Of a stretch of DNA of 64,000 nt, positions 37,320-50,943 are shown one piece after another. The first letter of the stretch is position 1; every line of letters begins with the position of its first letter. The stretch is from assembly GCF_009914755.1 (NCBI RefSeq), contig NC_060942.1; one strand, written 5' to 3'. The translations under genes and the position numbers were made by a program. Below the pieces are notes generated by a model. The model was not told where the DNA came from. It ran no database searches and worked only from the letters and a program-made list of their open reading frames with translations. The stretch is from the human T2T-CHM13v2.0 reference genome, Homo sapiens.

Positions 37320-40300
37320 TCAGTGCCAGTTCACACCAAGTGCCCGTCTCCCCCTGGAACAGGCAGAGGAAGAATCGTGTTTCTGTAGCAGAGGGACAGG
37401 AGGAAGCGGGACCTACCGAGACCCAACCCGGTCACTCTCCTCGGGGTCCATTCACTTTATCTTTATTAAAAGGAGCTTTAACATTTTTATTTTTTAAATT
37501 CTGTTAATTCTGTTTGAAATGGAATTTCATAATTTGGGGGCATATACTTCCTAGTAGAACAAAGAAAGCCCTGGAAAACTGCAAGTGGTGGTTTAATGAT
37601 CCCAGTGAGTGACTGGAATGGCAGTTTGGTGCAGATAAGACAGACTAGATCCGTGGAAACACGCGCCCGCATGCCGTCTCGGTGGGGGGCGGAAGGACAG
37701 CCTGTCGGAATCTCCCAGGCACGTGGTCCTGTACCCTGAACCCTGGCAGTTTCCACACGGCGTTTGCATTCTGTGCAACATTCAGGCTAAATAAGGAAGC
37801 AGGCAGTTAAGGTAGGAAAATTATTCTGTCTTAATGGCTGACGTCCCGAGTGGCGGTCCCGCTCCCCACCACCAGCTGCGTCCAGATGAGGGGCTTGTTT
37901 TATGAAAACTGTGACTTGTCAGGCCGTCCCTCCGTTGTCCCGTCCTCTCCTTCCAAAAATAGCAGGCCCTGTGGCGGTGGCTTATTGCGATGAAAAAGAT
38001 AAAAATAAGTGAAGGCTGAAATAGGTCCTGGACTTGAGAACTTACTTTTTAATGAAACTTGAGAAGCTGTTATTTTCCACTGCTTTACAAAGCATCTTTG
38101 AAAAATGCAGAATCGTAAAGAAGGGTTCTAGAGACGCTGCGACCCTGCGTTTTCAGAATGTGGTGGCTCCTCGACTGTGGAGTGGCAGAACCGCCCTTGT
38201 TCTTACCCCGTTTCTCAGCCGAGCGCCGGGCGCCCAGCAGTGTCGGACAGTTTAGGGTGGACCGAGGAGGCCGTGGTGGAGGCTTCATGTAGGAGGTTAT
38301 GGAAAATCCAGATATTTGCTTGTGAAGGAGGAAACATTTATGGTAGACTTTCTAAGAGGTTGCTTCTTCTCAAAAAATTAAAAAACCCACATGAGAGGCG
38401 GCCTCTTCAGTTACCTTGGCGCACACACCGAAGCCACCTCTGCATCAGACACGATATACGTACAGTGGAACAAAAGCGTTTTCCTCTTCGCTTCCTATTT
38501 TCTGATCTCTAATTTGTGGCTTTAACCATATTTTTATGTACTTAGCTCATATCTACTGTAATACCTTAAATGAGAGCCATACAAGTCTAAATGTGTATGT
38601 CAGATGGAAAAATTGAAAGCTGTGTATTCAGCAATTCAGTGAAACCATAAAACAGTCAGTAAACACATCTATCATGCCCCTTTGTAATGAACGCCACAGC
38701 CATGAAAATCCATATGTTCATTAAGGTTTTCAACCACCATCAAATGGCGTTCTTACTCCAAGAATTATTAGATATTGTCAAAGCTGAGTACAGCAAATGT
38801 CATTGGGAGACATCTTAGAAGTTAGTTATTTAAGAATAGGATTTGGCCTGAGATATTTCTGGTTCTATCTGTGTCCTACCCAAATTATTACCCTCTTAGG
38901 TTACAAGACTAACTTTAGCTAAAGGTGTATTTTCTGGGAAGGTTAGCAAATACTTTTTATAATTATCTCTTAGTTATAGGAATGGAGGAGAATGTCTTTC
39001 CTGTTTTGTTTTGCTCTTTTTAAAAAGTTATTTTTGATGACTTGTCCTCTGAAGAATATGCACTTTTCTGTCCCTCAGAGGATGGTGGAGTAAGCTGGGG
39101 ACAATTGCGTTCCTGCTGCAGGTTTAATTACGCTGTGTCCAGTGGGACAGTGAGCCTTAGAAGGGAGCCTGCTGGACGGAAAGTGAGGCGGATGGGGACG
39201 CTGCGACAGGAAGAGGCAATAGGAACATGCCCCCGTAGGCCGTGGGTGGCATCACGACGGCCTTTTTTGTTTCCTGTATTGCTTTAGTGTAAAGGAAAAT
39301 GACAACTCTAAAGAAGGAGCAGTCCTGCAGGACGTTCTGATGTCTGATAATTCTGAGGCCTGTGTCCTTGCCAAACTGTCTGGTTTGTTTAGCGGTCATA
39401 GATAAATACTCTTAGACTTGAATAATCATAGCACAATTGGTTGTTGATTGGAACTAACATAACCATTGAAAAAGAGGGAAGATGCTTTTAAATGTGTTTT
39501 GTGCAATTAAGTTAGTGGTACCTATATGAACAAATATGCTTTTTAAAAATTGACACAAAAATCGTTTATGCAAGTTATAGTCTTCATCTGTGCTACTTAA
39601 ACTTTTTAACTGCAAGGATTAAACAGTGTATTTGGGTTAGCGTGGCTGAACCACATTGTTTATTCTTTAAGCCCAAATCCAGTTCCTAAAAACAATTCTA
39701 GCGCTGCCTCTCCCGGCTCTTCACTGCACGCAGCCTGAGGGCGTCGTTGTCTGTGCTGCACCCTGGTGCTCAGTGGGTCTCCAGCTGGCACAGTCACCAC
39801 CACTCCCAGATGGGCTCTGCCAGGGACAGGGATGGAGCAGACTGCATGGGCCTGGCGTGCAGGTGACCAGGTAGAGGCAGCTCAGCTGTGTCTGAACAGC
39901 TTTTCCCATCGCTTTCCCGGTCGACATTCATGGCAGCCGCTGCGTCCAATGACAGGCACAGTCAATTCTTTGAGACAGAAAGGGAAGGACAACACTAATG
40001 TCCCCATGAACCCCAGAAACATGAAGGAGGGGCACACGCCCACAGTAGAACATGTGGAAGCTGAGTGTGGCAGTGTAAAGGGCGATGGAGCCCCCGGGCC
40101 CAGCATGTTTCGCGCTGCCTGCTTGTGTTCTGATGGGCGGTAACTGAAGGTCCACCAGGAAGTGCCTGGCACCCCCCCTCTCGCTCGTGAAAGATGCAGA
40201 TCAGAGCACCTGAGAGGGTGTCCTTGACAAGTGTTTTGTCACATCGTTCAGCCATATAGAAAACAGACTTGGAAAAATCTGAGATCCCCCAAGGAGCCAC

Positions 40301-40716
40301 CGCTCATTGCCCAGGGCGTGGCCCACAGCAAGGCTGCTCCTGCCCCCGCTACTCACCGCAGTGTGAGGATGGGCTGACCTGACCGCCCAGTCCTGTCTTC
40401 AAAACGAGACTAAGGGTAGCACCCAGCTCCAAGGAGAGCTGTGCCGGGTGCTCTGGAGGGGTGTTAGGACCCCTGGCACCCGGTGTCCCTCAGTGGACGG
40501 CCGTTGATTCTGTAACAAGGCGGCCAGTGCCCACGGTGCAGGCAGGAGGCACCTTATCCCTGACTTGGGCTCCGATCCAGGAGGAAGTTGTTTCTCCGTG
40601 TGAGATGCTGAAGAGTCCGCCCATTCACAGAGCAGAACGGGGTCTCAGTCAAACCTCTTCCCACAGATTAGCCCCCAGGATGTGTCCTGAGCCCTGCAGG
40701 ACTGGGCAGAAGGTGA

Positions 40717-41314
<598 letters not shown>

Positions 41315-42198
41315 TAGGTCAGTTTTTAAAACAACAGCAAGATTTTTTTTATGTTGTTTCTGCCATGTTTTAGGAATTGCTTTTCCTCCCGGGGCTTGCA
41401 TGTTTAAATTTTTATTCTCAGAACGTTGAAGGGACGCACTGCATTTCAGGATCCTGGGTCTCCGTCCGTGAAGGACTTTCCTTCTGTGGGTCTTTCCTCT
41501 TGCAGCTTAAAGTGGGATTATTTTCACTTTATTCAGAGGCCCTGTTAGTCACAGCCAAGCACAGACGTGCTCGCTGTCGCTCCTTTGCTGGAGTCGGAAG
41601 TAGGACAGTTGGTGATAAAGTCCTGGACGGGCGAGATAAGTGGCATTGGCAGAGCTCTGTTGTCCAGACAGCAAGAAACCGGCTGCCCCCAGGAAGCGGG
41701 GATGGAGGGCACACACCAGGAGAGGGGGCGTTTTGACCGTCGGCAGGGGTGCCACTTGGAAGTCAGATTTAAAATGGAATCAAAACTGGTAGAATGAGGG
41801 TCTGCAGGGGGAAACTTGACGGAGCCCATCAGGCGACAGCCTTCTCGAAGCCCCTCCGGGCCCCTCACGGGAGGGGATCCCCCGCTGCGCTGCCGGGAGG
41901 TCCGGACGAAATGTTGGAGCTGGAGAGTCGGCAGCCCTCGCGTGGCGTTGCTGCCTCTGCAGATGCCTCCGGAGGGACTCGGTGTGTCTCGGTGTTGATT
42001 TCAGAACAGGGGAGATGCTGACGTGTCCCGGTGGCTCTCACAGCACAGTGGAAGGCGAGTGGCAGCTCCGACATCCTGCTCCGCTGGCGCCTCTGGCCAC
42101 CTGCCTCCCCCACCCCCACATAAAAAAAGTTTAAGGCACATTTAAGCTAGTACCGGAGAAATGACTGAAAAATAAGTATAGCCAAGCAGCAGAAGACT

Positions 42199-44322
42199 CT
42201 GTGTGTGGGGGGGGGAGGGTGCATCCACCACTAATGTGTGTCCGTGTGTGTGGGGGCATCCGCTGATGTGTGTGTCTGTGTGTGTGTGGGGGGGGCATCC
42301 ACTGATGTGTGTGTCTGTGTGTCGGGGGGGGCATCCACTGATGTGTGTGTCTGTGTGTGGTTGGGGGGCATCCACTGATATGTGTGTGTGGGGGGGGGGC
42401 ATCCACTGATGTGTGTGTCTGTGTGTGTAGGAGGGGAGCATCCACTGATGTGTGTGTGTGTGGGGGGGCATCCACTGATGTGTGTGTCTGTGTGTGGGGG
42501 GGGGCATCCACTGATGTGTGTGTCTGTGTATGTGTGGGGGGGGCATCCACTGGTGTGTGTGTCTGTGTGTGTGTAGGAGGGGAGCATCCACTGGTGTGTG
42601 TGTGGGAGGGAGCATCCACTGATGTGTGTGTCTGTGTGTGGGGGGGCATCCGCTGATGTGTGTGTCTGTGTGTGTGGGGGGGGGCATCCACTGATATGTG
42701 TGTCTGTGTATGGGGGTGGGAGCATCCACTGATGTGTGTCCATGTGTGTGTGGGGGCATCCGCTGATGTGTGTGTCTGTGTGTGTGTGGGGGGCGTCTGC
42801 TGATGTGTGTGTCTGTGTGTGTGTGTAGGGGGGGAGCATCCACTGATGTGTGTCCATGTGTGTGTGGGGGCATCAGCTGATATGTGTGTCTGTGTGTGGG
42901 GGGTGGAGCATCCACTGATGTGTGTCCATGTGTGTGTGGGGGCATCCGCTGATGTGTGTGTCTGTGTGTGTGGGGGGGGGCGTCTCCTGATGTGTGTGTC
43001 TGTGTGTGTGTGTGTAGGGGGGGAGCATCCACTGATGTGTGTGTGTGTGGGGAGCATCCACTGATGTGTGTGTCTGTGTGTGTGTGGGGGGCATCCACTG
43101 ATGTGTGTGTCTGTGTGTGTGTGGGGAGCATCCACTGATGTGTATGTGTGTGTGTGGGGGGCATCCACTGATGTGTGTGTCTGTGTGTGTGTGGGGAGCA
43201 TCCACTGATGTGTATGTGTGTGTGGGGGGGCATCCACTGATGTGTGTGTCTGTGTGTGTGGGGGGAGCATCCGCTGATGTGTATGTCTGTGTGTGTGGGG
43301 GGGGGGGCATCCGCTGATGTGTGTGTCTGTGTGTGTGGGGGGGGGGGCGTCTGCTGATGTGTGTGTGTGTGTGTGGGGAGCATCCACTGATGTGTGTGTC
43401 TGTGTGTGTGTGGGGTGCATCCACAGATGTGTGTGTCTGTGTGTGTGTGGGGAGCATCCACTGATGTGTATGTGTGTGGGGGGGGCATCCACTGATGTGT
43501 GTGTCTGTGTGTGTGGGGGGAGCATCCGCTGATGTGTATGTCTGTGTGTGGGGGGGGGGGGGGCATCCGCTGATGTGTGTGTCTGTGTGTGTGGGGGGGG
43601 GGGCGTCTGCTGATGTGTGTGTCTGTGTGTGTGGGGGGGGCATCCACTGATGTGTATGTCTGTGTGTGTGGGGGCGTCTGCTGATGTGTGTGTTTTGTGT
43701 GTGGGAGGTTGTCTGCTGTGTGTGGGGAGGGGGCATCTGCTGATATGTGTGTCTGTGCATGTGTGGGGGGGCGTCTGCTGATGTGTGTGTTTTGTGTGTG
43801 GGGAGGGGGCGTCCACTGATGTGTGTGTCTGTTGGGGGGGGCCGTCTGCTGATGTGTGTTTTGTTTTGTGTATGGGGAGGGGGTGTCCACTGATGTTTGT
43901 GTCTGTGTGTGTGTGGGGGGGTATCTGCTGATGCGTTTTGTGTGTGTGGGGGGGGGTGTCCACTGATGTGTGTGTCTGGGTGTAGGGGGGGTGGCATCTG
44001 CTGATGTGTGTGTTTTGTGTGTAGAGGGGTGCGTCTACTGATGTCTGGGTGTAGGGGCTGGCGCCTGCTGATGTGTGTGTTTTGTGTGTGGTGGGGGGTG
44101 TCCACTGATGTTTGTGTCTCTGTGTGTGTGGGGGGGGGTGCGTCCACGGATTGTGTCTGGGTGGGGGGACGTCTGCTGGTGTGTGTGTTTTGTGTGTGTG
44201 TTGGGGGGGTGCGTCTACTGATGTCTGTGTGTGGAGGGTATCTGCTGATGTGTTTTGTGTGGGGGGGGTGCGTCCACTGATGTGTGTGTCTGTGGGGGGT
44301 GTCTGCTGATGTGTGTGTTTTG
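42199..44322. repeat. Complex TG/G-run minisatellite (about 33-40 bp variable unit), 2.1 kb
   Basis: GCATCC(A/G)CTGATGTGTGTGTCTG(TG)n(G)n units, increasingly diverged toward the 3' end. Confidence 0.96.
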
Positions 44323-46744
44323 CTTGTGTTAAAAGGCGCACACCGCAGGAAAGGAAAGTGGCAGTAAACACCCCCGCCCCCAGCCTTCCCTCACCTCAGA
44401 TACGCCAAGTTCCGGGCACTGAGCACCCTGCAGGTGAAACAGGGAGGACCAGAGAGGGAAGGGACGGGGGCCAGATTTGGAGGAGAGAGGACGGACTCCT
44501 GGGGCCAGGAGCTGGCTGGGCAGGGTGGGAACCCTCCTGTCCCAGGGTCTGAGTCGTCCCCCAGGCACCAGCCAGTAGGCCCATCCAGCTTTCCATGACT
44601 TTCCTAGTAAGTACTGAAAGAAAAAACACACATCTAACACTGTGGCTTGCCCAGCGGGGCCCCAGGCCGCCATCTGGGAGGATCTGGGGGCAGGTGGCTG
44701 TTCAGGGCCCAGCAGAGCCGGCTGAGCTCAGACCCCAGTAAGGGTCAGTCCTGCCCTGTCAGCTCTGGGGTCCCTGGCAGCCATTCCCACTCTCCGAGCC
44801 CTCCGTGGTCCCTGTGAACAGACTGGGTGACTACAGTACCTGCCTTTGCCGCTCCCGGGGCTGTTGCAAGGAGCAAGCAGGTGCACAAAGGGCCAGGCAG
44901 GGCTGCATAACTGCTGGGGAAATGGTAGTTTGTTCATTCCTTAAAATGTAAGATCCTTAATTGCTTTCAGAAACCGGGCATTCAGAAATGCAGAAAAATG
45001 TTGCTTCCAAGCCAGGCAGCAAGGGGGCAAAATATATCAAACAGCGTTCAGGCCCTGGCAGCTCCGTTCTGGCCCTCATCATTCCCAGCATAGAGAAACA
45101 AAACTCCTGCGTGAAACTTAAGAGGTGAACTTTGGGTAGCTCACTACAGGGTGAAGTTTAAATGTCAACTTTCTTTCAAAATGATGATCAAAAAGAAGAA
45201 ACTGGTTATGTGAAGGTACGAATACTTGACTGAGAAAGGCGTCTCGCCTACGGCTTGTTTACGCACAGCTAGTGAGAGCTTGCGTGGCCCCAGCAAGGGC
45301 ACAGATAAGATTCACAGGTGAGGCAGTGAAAGCCATGCCTGCCCTTGTACTTGGTAGTTTTTATATTTAAAAATGTACTGATTTCCTCCTTCACTCAATT
45401 CCAGATGTGTATAGAGAGGTGGGTATGAGTGTGGGTGTGTGGATGTGGCCTCGAGGGAGGCTCTCAGCCTGCAGCCAGGATTCAAAACGCCACAGTCGAG
45501 TTTTAGGAAAAAACAATAGTTTCCACCTGAGGAGTATTTTAGAGAAAAATCTAATATAAGGGAAAAAAAAGCCCTCCTTATTAAATTAAATTGTGGTATA
45601 ACAGCTCACCACATCCTGTTGCGGGGACATCTGACGTTAGGCAAAGTAAGTTTCCTCTTTCAGGTCTCCCACACGCCGTGAGGGTCACATGCTACCTGCA
45701 ATTCAAAATATGCTAGGAAGGGAAAAAACCCTTTGTGTCTGTGGAAAAGCTGAATAAGAAGATGGAAATTATCAGCAGAGAGAGCTGGTATGGGAAACCG
45801 TAGGTGTCATCGGCAACCATACCCTACCCAAGGAAGCCGCCCCCGGAATAGCAAGGGCAGGGCCGGGCAGCTGTGGCTGACCTCATGGGTCAGAAGTGCT
45901 CGTGGCGGGAAGGAGTTGGGGGGTGGGGGGGCGGTCCTGTCTTTCAGCCCAGCGCCAGCGAGCCACATGGCCTCAGACCAACCCCAGGATGGGCCCGTTG
46001 TCCACCTGTGAAAGGGGAAGCCGTGGCTTTCCTCTCAGGGCTACGGCACAGGCCGTGTCTGCGGGGCGAGCACGGCTCCACGTACGGCTCTCGTCCGCGG
46101 TGTGGATGGGTGGGCGGTACAGCCTCCTCTGCGGTTCGGTTGCTGTGCTGTCCTCTGCTGAGTGGTGTCAGGGTTGTCCATCCCGCTCTCTGTCAGCTGC
46201 TGCCATGGGGCAGCGGGAAGGCCCTGGAGGGTGCCTGGGCTGTGTCTGGTCCCGGCCACGCGTCCCTGCAGCGTCTGAGACCTTGTGGAACACACTTGAC
46301 CCGGCGCTGGGACGGGGTCGGCCCACACGCACCGCCAGCCCGCAGGAGTGAGGTGCAGGCTGCCGCTGGCTCCTTAGGCCTCGACAGCTCTCTTGAGGTC
46401 GGCCCTCCTCCCCTCCCGAGAGCTCAGCAGCCGCAGACCCAGGCAGAGAGAGCAAAGGAGGCTGTGGTGGCCCCCGACGGGAACCTGGGTGGCCGGGGGA
46501 CACACCGAGGAACTTTCCGCCCCCCGACGGGCTCTCCCACCGAGGCTCAGGTGCTCGTGGGCAGCAAGGGGAAGCCCCATGGCCATGCCGCTTCCCTTTC
46601 ACCCTCAGCGACGCGCCCTCCTGTGCCCGCGGGGAACAAGACGGCTCTCGGCGGCCATGCAGGCGGCCTGTCCCACGAACACGATGGAGACCTCAGACGC
46701 CGTCCCCACCCTGTCACTGTCACCATCACCCATCCTGTCCCCTC

Positions 46745-47183
46745 ACGCCTCCCCACATCCCATCATTACTACCCCTCAGGCCTCCCCACGTCCCACCGTC
46801 GTTACCCCTCAGTCCTCCCCACGTCCCACCGTCGTTACCCCTCAGGCCTCCCCACGTCCCACCGTCGTTACCCCTCAGTCCTCCCCACGTCCCACCGTCG
46901 TTACCCCTCAGTCCTCCCCACGTCCCACCGTCGTTACCCCTCAGTCCTCCCCACGTCCCACCGTCGTTACCCCTCAGTCCTCCCCACGTCCCACCGTCGT
47001 TACCCCTCAGTCCTCCCCACGTCCCACCGTCGTTACCTCTCAGTCCTCCCCACGTCCCACCGTCGTTACCCCTCAGTCCTCCCCACGTCCCACCGTTGTT
47101 ACCCCTCAGGCCTCCCCACGTCCCACCGTCGTTACCCCTCAGTCCTCCCCACGTCCCACCGTCGTTACCTCTCAGGCCTCCCT
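46745..47183. repeat. 33-bp C-rich minisatellite, about 13 copies
   Basis: CCTCCCCACGTCCCACCGTCGTTACCCCTCAG(T/G); 11-aa periodicity. Confidence 0.96.
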
Positions 47184-49147
47184 CCTGTCCCTGTCGCTGT
47201 TACCCTTCAGGGTCCACTCATGGCTTCATTATTTCTTTGTAGTGTCCCCACCTTTCCCCTGTGTTGATCATTTAGGCCTCTTTCGTCCCCACAATCACTA
47301 TTCTGACTGGAGTCCTTTCTTTTGGAGCTCCGCTGGCCAGGGTTGGATGAGGACCTGAGCCCAGTCTCTTCATGCATTGGGCAGCCTCCCTTCCCCCACA
47401 GGTGGGGCCTGTTCTGAGCTACCTGAACCCCCACCGTGTCTTCCTCCTGGGCAGGTGGCTCCTCCTGCCTCTTTGCAGACGTCTTTTGTAGCAAGGCTGA
47501 ACCAGCGCAGTGGGAAAGGAGTTAACTGGTCTCGAATTCTGGGGCATCCCTGTCTCGTGCCACAGATGCCAAGCACAGCAGGGCACGGAGCTCCTGGGGG
47601 CCGCTGCACTCAGCAGCACAGTGGGCGGGAGGCCGCTGAGCAACCAGCAGCCTAGGGCATTTGGGTGGGGACGTGCGACCCCCACACAGAACAGAGCCGT
47701 CTTTCTCTCTGCGTTGTGCCGAGGCCCCGCAGCGCCGCCCGAGTGTCACGGAAAGTGCCTCTGGTGAGGAGCTGCCGTGCGCACTCTGGGACAAGTCAGG
47801 TCCTGCGTGCCAGTCCGGGAGCAGCCTGCGAGCACCTGGGCCCTGTCGTTATCCTCCTTAGTGTTTGTGAAGAGTCACACGGAGGGGCGGGAGCCCGGGC
47901 TCCTTCTGGTGCCTTCCACACTGGGGGCGGAGCCCTCTGCAGAGAGCCTGGCTCTGCGTCCTGTGGCTGAGTGCCAGGTCCCGTCTTGGGCAGGGCCCAG
48001 GATCAGCGTGGCTCTGAGCAGGGCCTGCGGGGAGCCCACGCGTGCCTGTGTCTTTACAGAGGCTGAGCTCCCACACGGGACAGAGTCGGGACCTTCTGTG
48101 GGCGCCATGTCAGGAGGTGCTGCTGGCGGGGCCGGGCATGTGGGGCACCTTTGCTTGCCTGGGTCTCTGGCCCCGCAGAGCCTTGGGCGAGCCAGCCTCG
48201 GGTGTGTGTTTGCAGCCAGGGTTCCTCCTGGAGCTCAGTGCCAGTGTGTCCTGTTATCAGTTCCCATGACACAATTCCTGGTTCTCCATCTGTGTTTTAT
48301 TATTGTTATTCTTAAAAATAGTCGGGGGTTGTTGAAAGGGAATTTGGGGAAGGGAGTGGGGTGATGAAATGCACACTACTAATTGCTCCAGGAAGCCGCC
48401 CTGAGACAGGCCGGGGCCTTTGCAGAAACACGTGGGGCTTATCTGGGCTCTGGGCGCTCCAGCCCATGGCAGAGGGAAGCCCGGGCAGTTCCGTGACGTC
48501 AGCGCACGCCCCACCAGAACCTGGGAGGGAGATGGGACGTGGCGACAGTGCTGGTGGCACATCCCCTATCTCAGCGCCCATCAGGGCGGCCACAGCAGGA
48601 GGTGGGTGGGGCGGGGATGCATGCAGCTCACAAAGGCCCTAACAGTGCCGCTCGTTTCCTCTGCGTCTGCCAGAAGTCACAGGTGACGGGGAACGTCACT
48701 GGCCTGTGGGGGACTCAGGGACTCTGCCATCCAAAGGGAAATAAAAATCAGGAAGAGCCTGAGAGGGAGGCTCAGGCGACACTGGTGCTGACACCACAGA
48801 AGTGCTGGTGTGGACCTGTGGGTCGCTTGGTTCGTGGAGAGACAGCCACAGCATCTTCCCAGCATCGCGGCCGGCACCTGGCACCTGCACTTTGGCCGTC
48901 AGAGACGTGCTGGTACCGTGCTACGGACGAGGGCGGTCACTCTGGCGACCCCAGCTCTCTGCCGAGGCAGCCAGGCACTGGCTCACGACACTCATGGACC
49001 AGGGTGGGACCGAGGAGGAAATGTGGGTTCCTGGGGAGATGCCTTGTCACAGGCGTGAGCGTCACTGATGGAGAAGCAGGGCTGGGGGCGTTGCTTTGAT
49101 GTTTATGGTATTTCTCTAATACTTTCTCAATTTTTCTTTTCTTACAG

Positions 49148-49197
49148 TAAATGAAATAATACGAAATGACCTCTCCAGCACGAGCACCCACTCCTAG
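49148..49197 (+). CDS. NFATC1: NFATC1 last exon, coding part ((V)NEIIRNDLSSTSTHS*)
   Basis: Strong acceptor TTTTTCTTTTCTTACAG at 49131-49147. Completes the NFAT-family C-terminal motif YLDDVNEIIR. TAG at 49195-49197. Not in the ORF track because it is too short. Confidence 0.95.
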
Positions 49198-50943
49198 TTG
49201 CCACATTGGAGCACTCAGTTCAGCAGGGGTATGCTGACTTCAGCAGACAAAGACTTTTGAATAAATAAACTGAACTCACACCTGGTACCACTCAGAACCT
49301 CCAACTGACTGAATGCCAGGAGCTGAACATTAATATGTGCAAAGATTGGCTCTCCAACAAGAAGGAAAGCAGGGAGGAAGGGAGACCACTGTGTCACCTG
49401 GAGGAGAAGTCATCTCATGACAACAGAAGGGAGGTGGCCGGGCTGAGCACGGGAGACCCACCGTGCAGGGGCCTTTCATGGGAACGGCCCACACGCAGTT
49501 TGACCCCACGCCCAGCCCTTCTGGCACCCCTGGGGTTCAATACTGGAAGTGCCTTATTTAACCAGACCATCAGGGCATCATAGAATTGAGCATTGAATTT
49601 GCTACTGTAGGAGTATTTTTAGGAGCAGAAACTGCAAACACATTTCATTGTGAGGTTTTACCCTCTGTATGAATGAAGAGAACGCTGGAAGGCTGCGAGA
49701 GGACTCTAGTATGAGTCTCCAACATTTGGAACGTTTCCTGGGCTGTCACGTACACTCCTGCTGCCTTACACAGTGCATTTTAGAATCTTCCAGTCTGTCA
49801 TCTCAGCTCTTTTGTAACATGCTTCCCTTGTCTGCGCGGTTGAAACCGTAGGCTTGTTCATAGTCGCATGCTCGCATCTTTGTTTTTAATCTGGCTTCGA
49901 ACATAGCACAAGTAACTTGAATAGCACATCAATAGGTTACTGGACAAAAGCAGAAAAACCTGTTACAGGATAGCCTGCATTTGCATGTGTGTACATATCT
50001 AGGCATCTATTTATGTATAAATAATAACAGAGCCGACGTGTCCTCGCCCAGGAGGGCTTCCCTGTCAGCAATAACCGGCATCCGTTTTGGAACCTGCGTC
50101 TGGGGCTCCAGTCGCTGCTCTTGCTGGCGTCCATCGCCGCCTCGGACGGCCGTGCATTTTCTCGTCTCACGCAGTTCGAGGAGGACCCTAGAAAGCCAGG
50201 AGCTGTGATTGACAGTAGCTGTAGGTTACCAGACGGCAACATTAGAAAGTGATTGTAAATAACATGCAACCTAAGTGTAATATATTTGTTCAGTTATAAG
50301 ATGATTGTTTCACAGAAGCCTTACCACTCTCTGCTTCATCTAAGAAAACCAATACCAAAAACGCCACTTTAATGCTCAGCCCTGCGTTGTGTGTTTTCAG
50401 ATGAGTTACTGTTAACAGGTAGGTTTGTGTAGGCCTTGCTGGGCACTCTGTACAATTAGTTGCTTATTACGTATGATTACTCGCAGCGATCTATTGTTCC
50501 ATATAACCAAAAAGCATGGTTTATTCATTGAAACACGGTTGACCTGAACTCGTGCCTTAGGAATTAATGCCCCCTTATGGAACCTGCCTGAATTGCACCT
50601 GCGGGTGGAGGCTCCGGCTGTGAAGTCACTGAACAGAACGTCGCTGATGGAGAAAGGGCTCCCGCAGAAGGAACGGCCTGTACCGTGCGCTCCGGCACAA
50701 TCGCGTCTCTTGTGTCTCACTCACGGAAAGAAACAACCTGAAGGCCATCCCGTCGGTCTGCACGTAACCGTGAAGACGTGTGGCCGCGTCCCACCTGCGG
50801 CTGGGTACCCTGCACCCGGCACTGTAGGAGTCACGTGCAGCCTTTCTCAGGGGACTGTCATTGAAAAGGAAACGTTTGATGTCTGTGTCAGCTGTCTTTG
50901 TAGTTAGGAAATAGATCCAATAAAGCCGTATTTTTTTGCTGGA
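49198..50943 (+). other. NFATC1: NFATC1 3' UTR (long isoforms); end approximate
   Basis: Repeat-free sequence between the stop codon and AATAAA 50919, carrying miRNA seed matches and PUF motifs. Confidence 0.8.
50919..50924 (+). terminator. Distal polyadenylation signal AATAAA
   Basis: Canonical hexamer with upstream TGTA (50899), followed by a T-run and GT-rich downstream sequence. Confidence 0.8.

Noticed and set aside
42131-44371. 746-aa His/Thr/Pro-rich ORF
   Set aside because: Translation of a CA-rich repeat strand that lacks stop codons.
45640-45670. GTAAGT directly followed by TTCCTCTTTCAG|GT (recursive splice site?)
   Set aside because: Too short for an intron, and the regenerated donor GTCTCC is very weak.
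45873-47358. 464-aa and mucin-like 321-aa ORFs
   Set aside because: A GC-rich chance ORF extended by the 33-bp VNTR.
48494-48501. Full CRE palindrome TGACGTCA
   Set aside because: One 8-mer in 64 kb is expected by chance, and there is no supporting promoter context.
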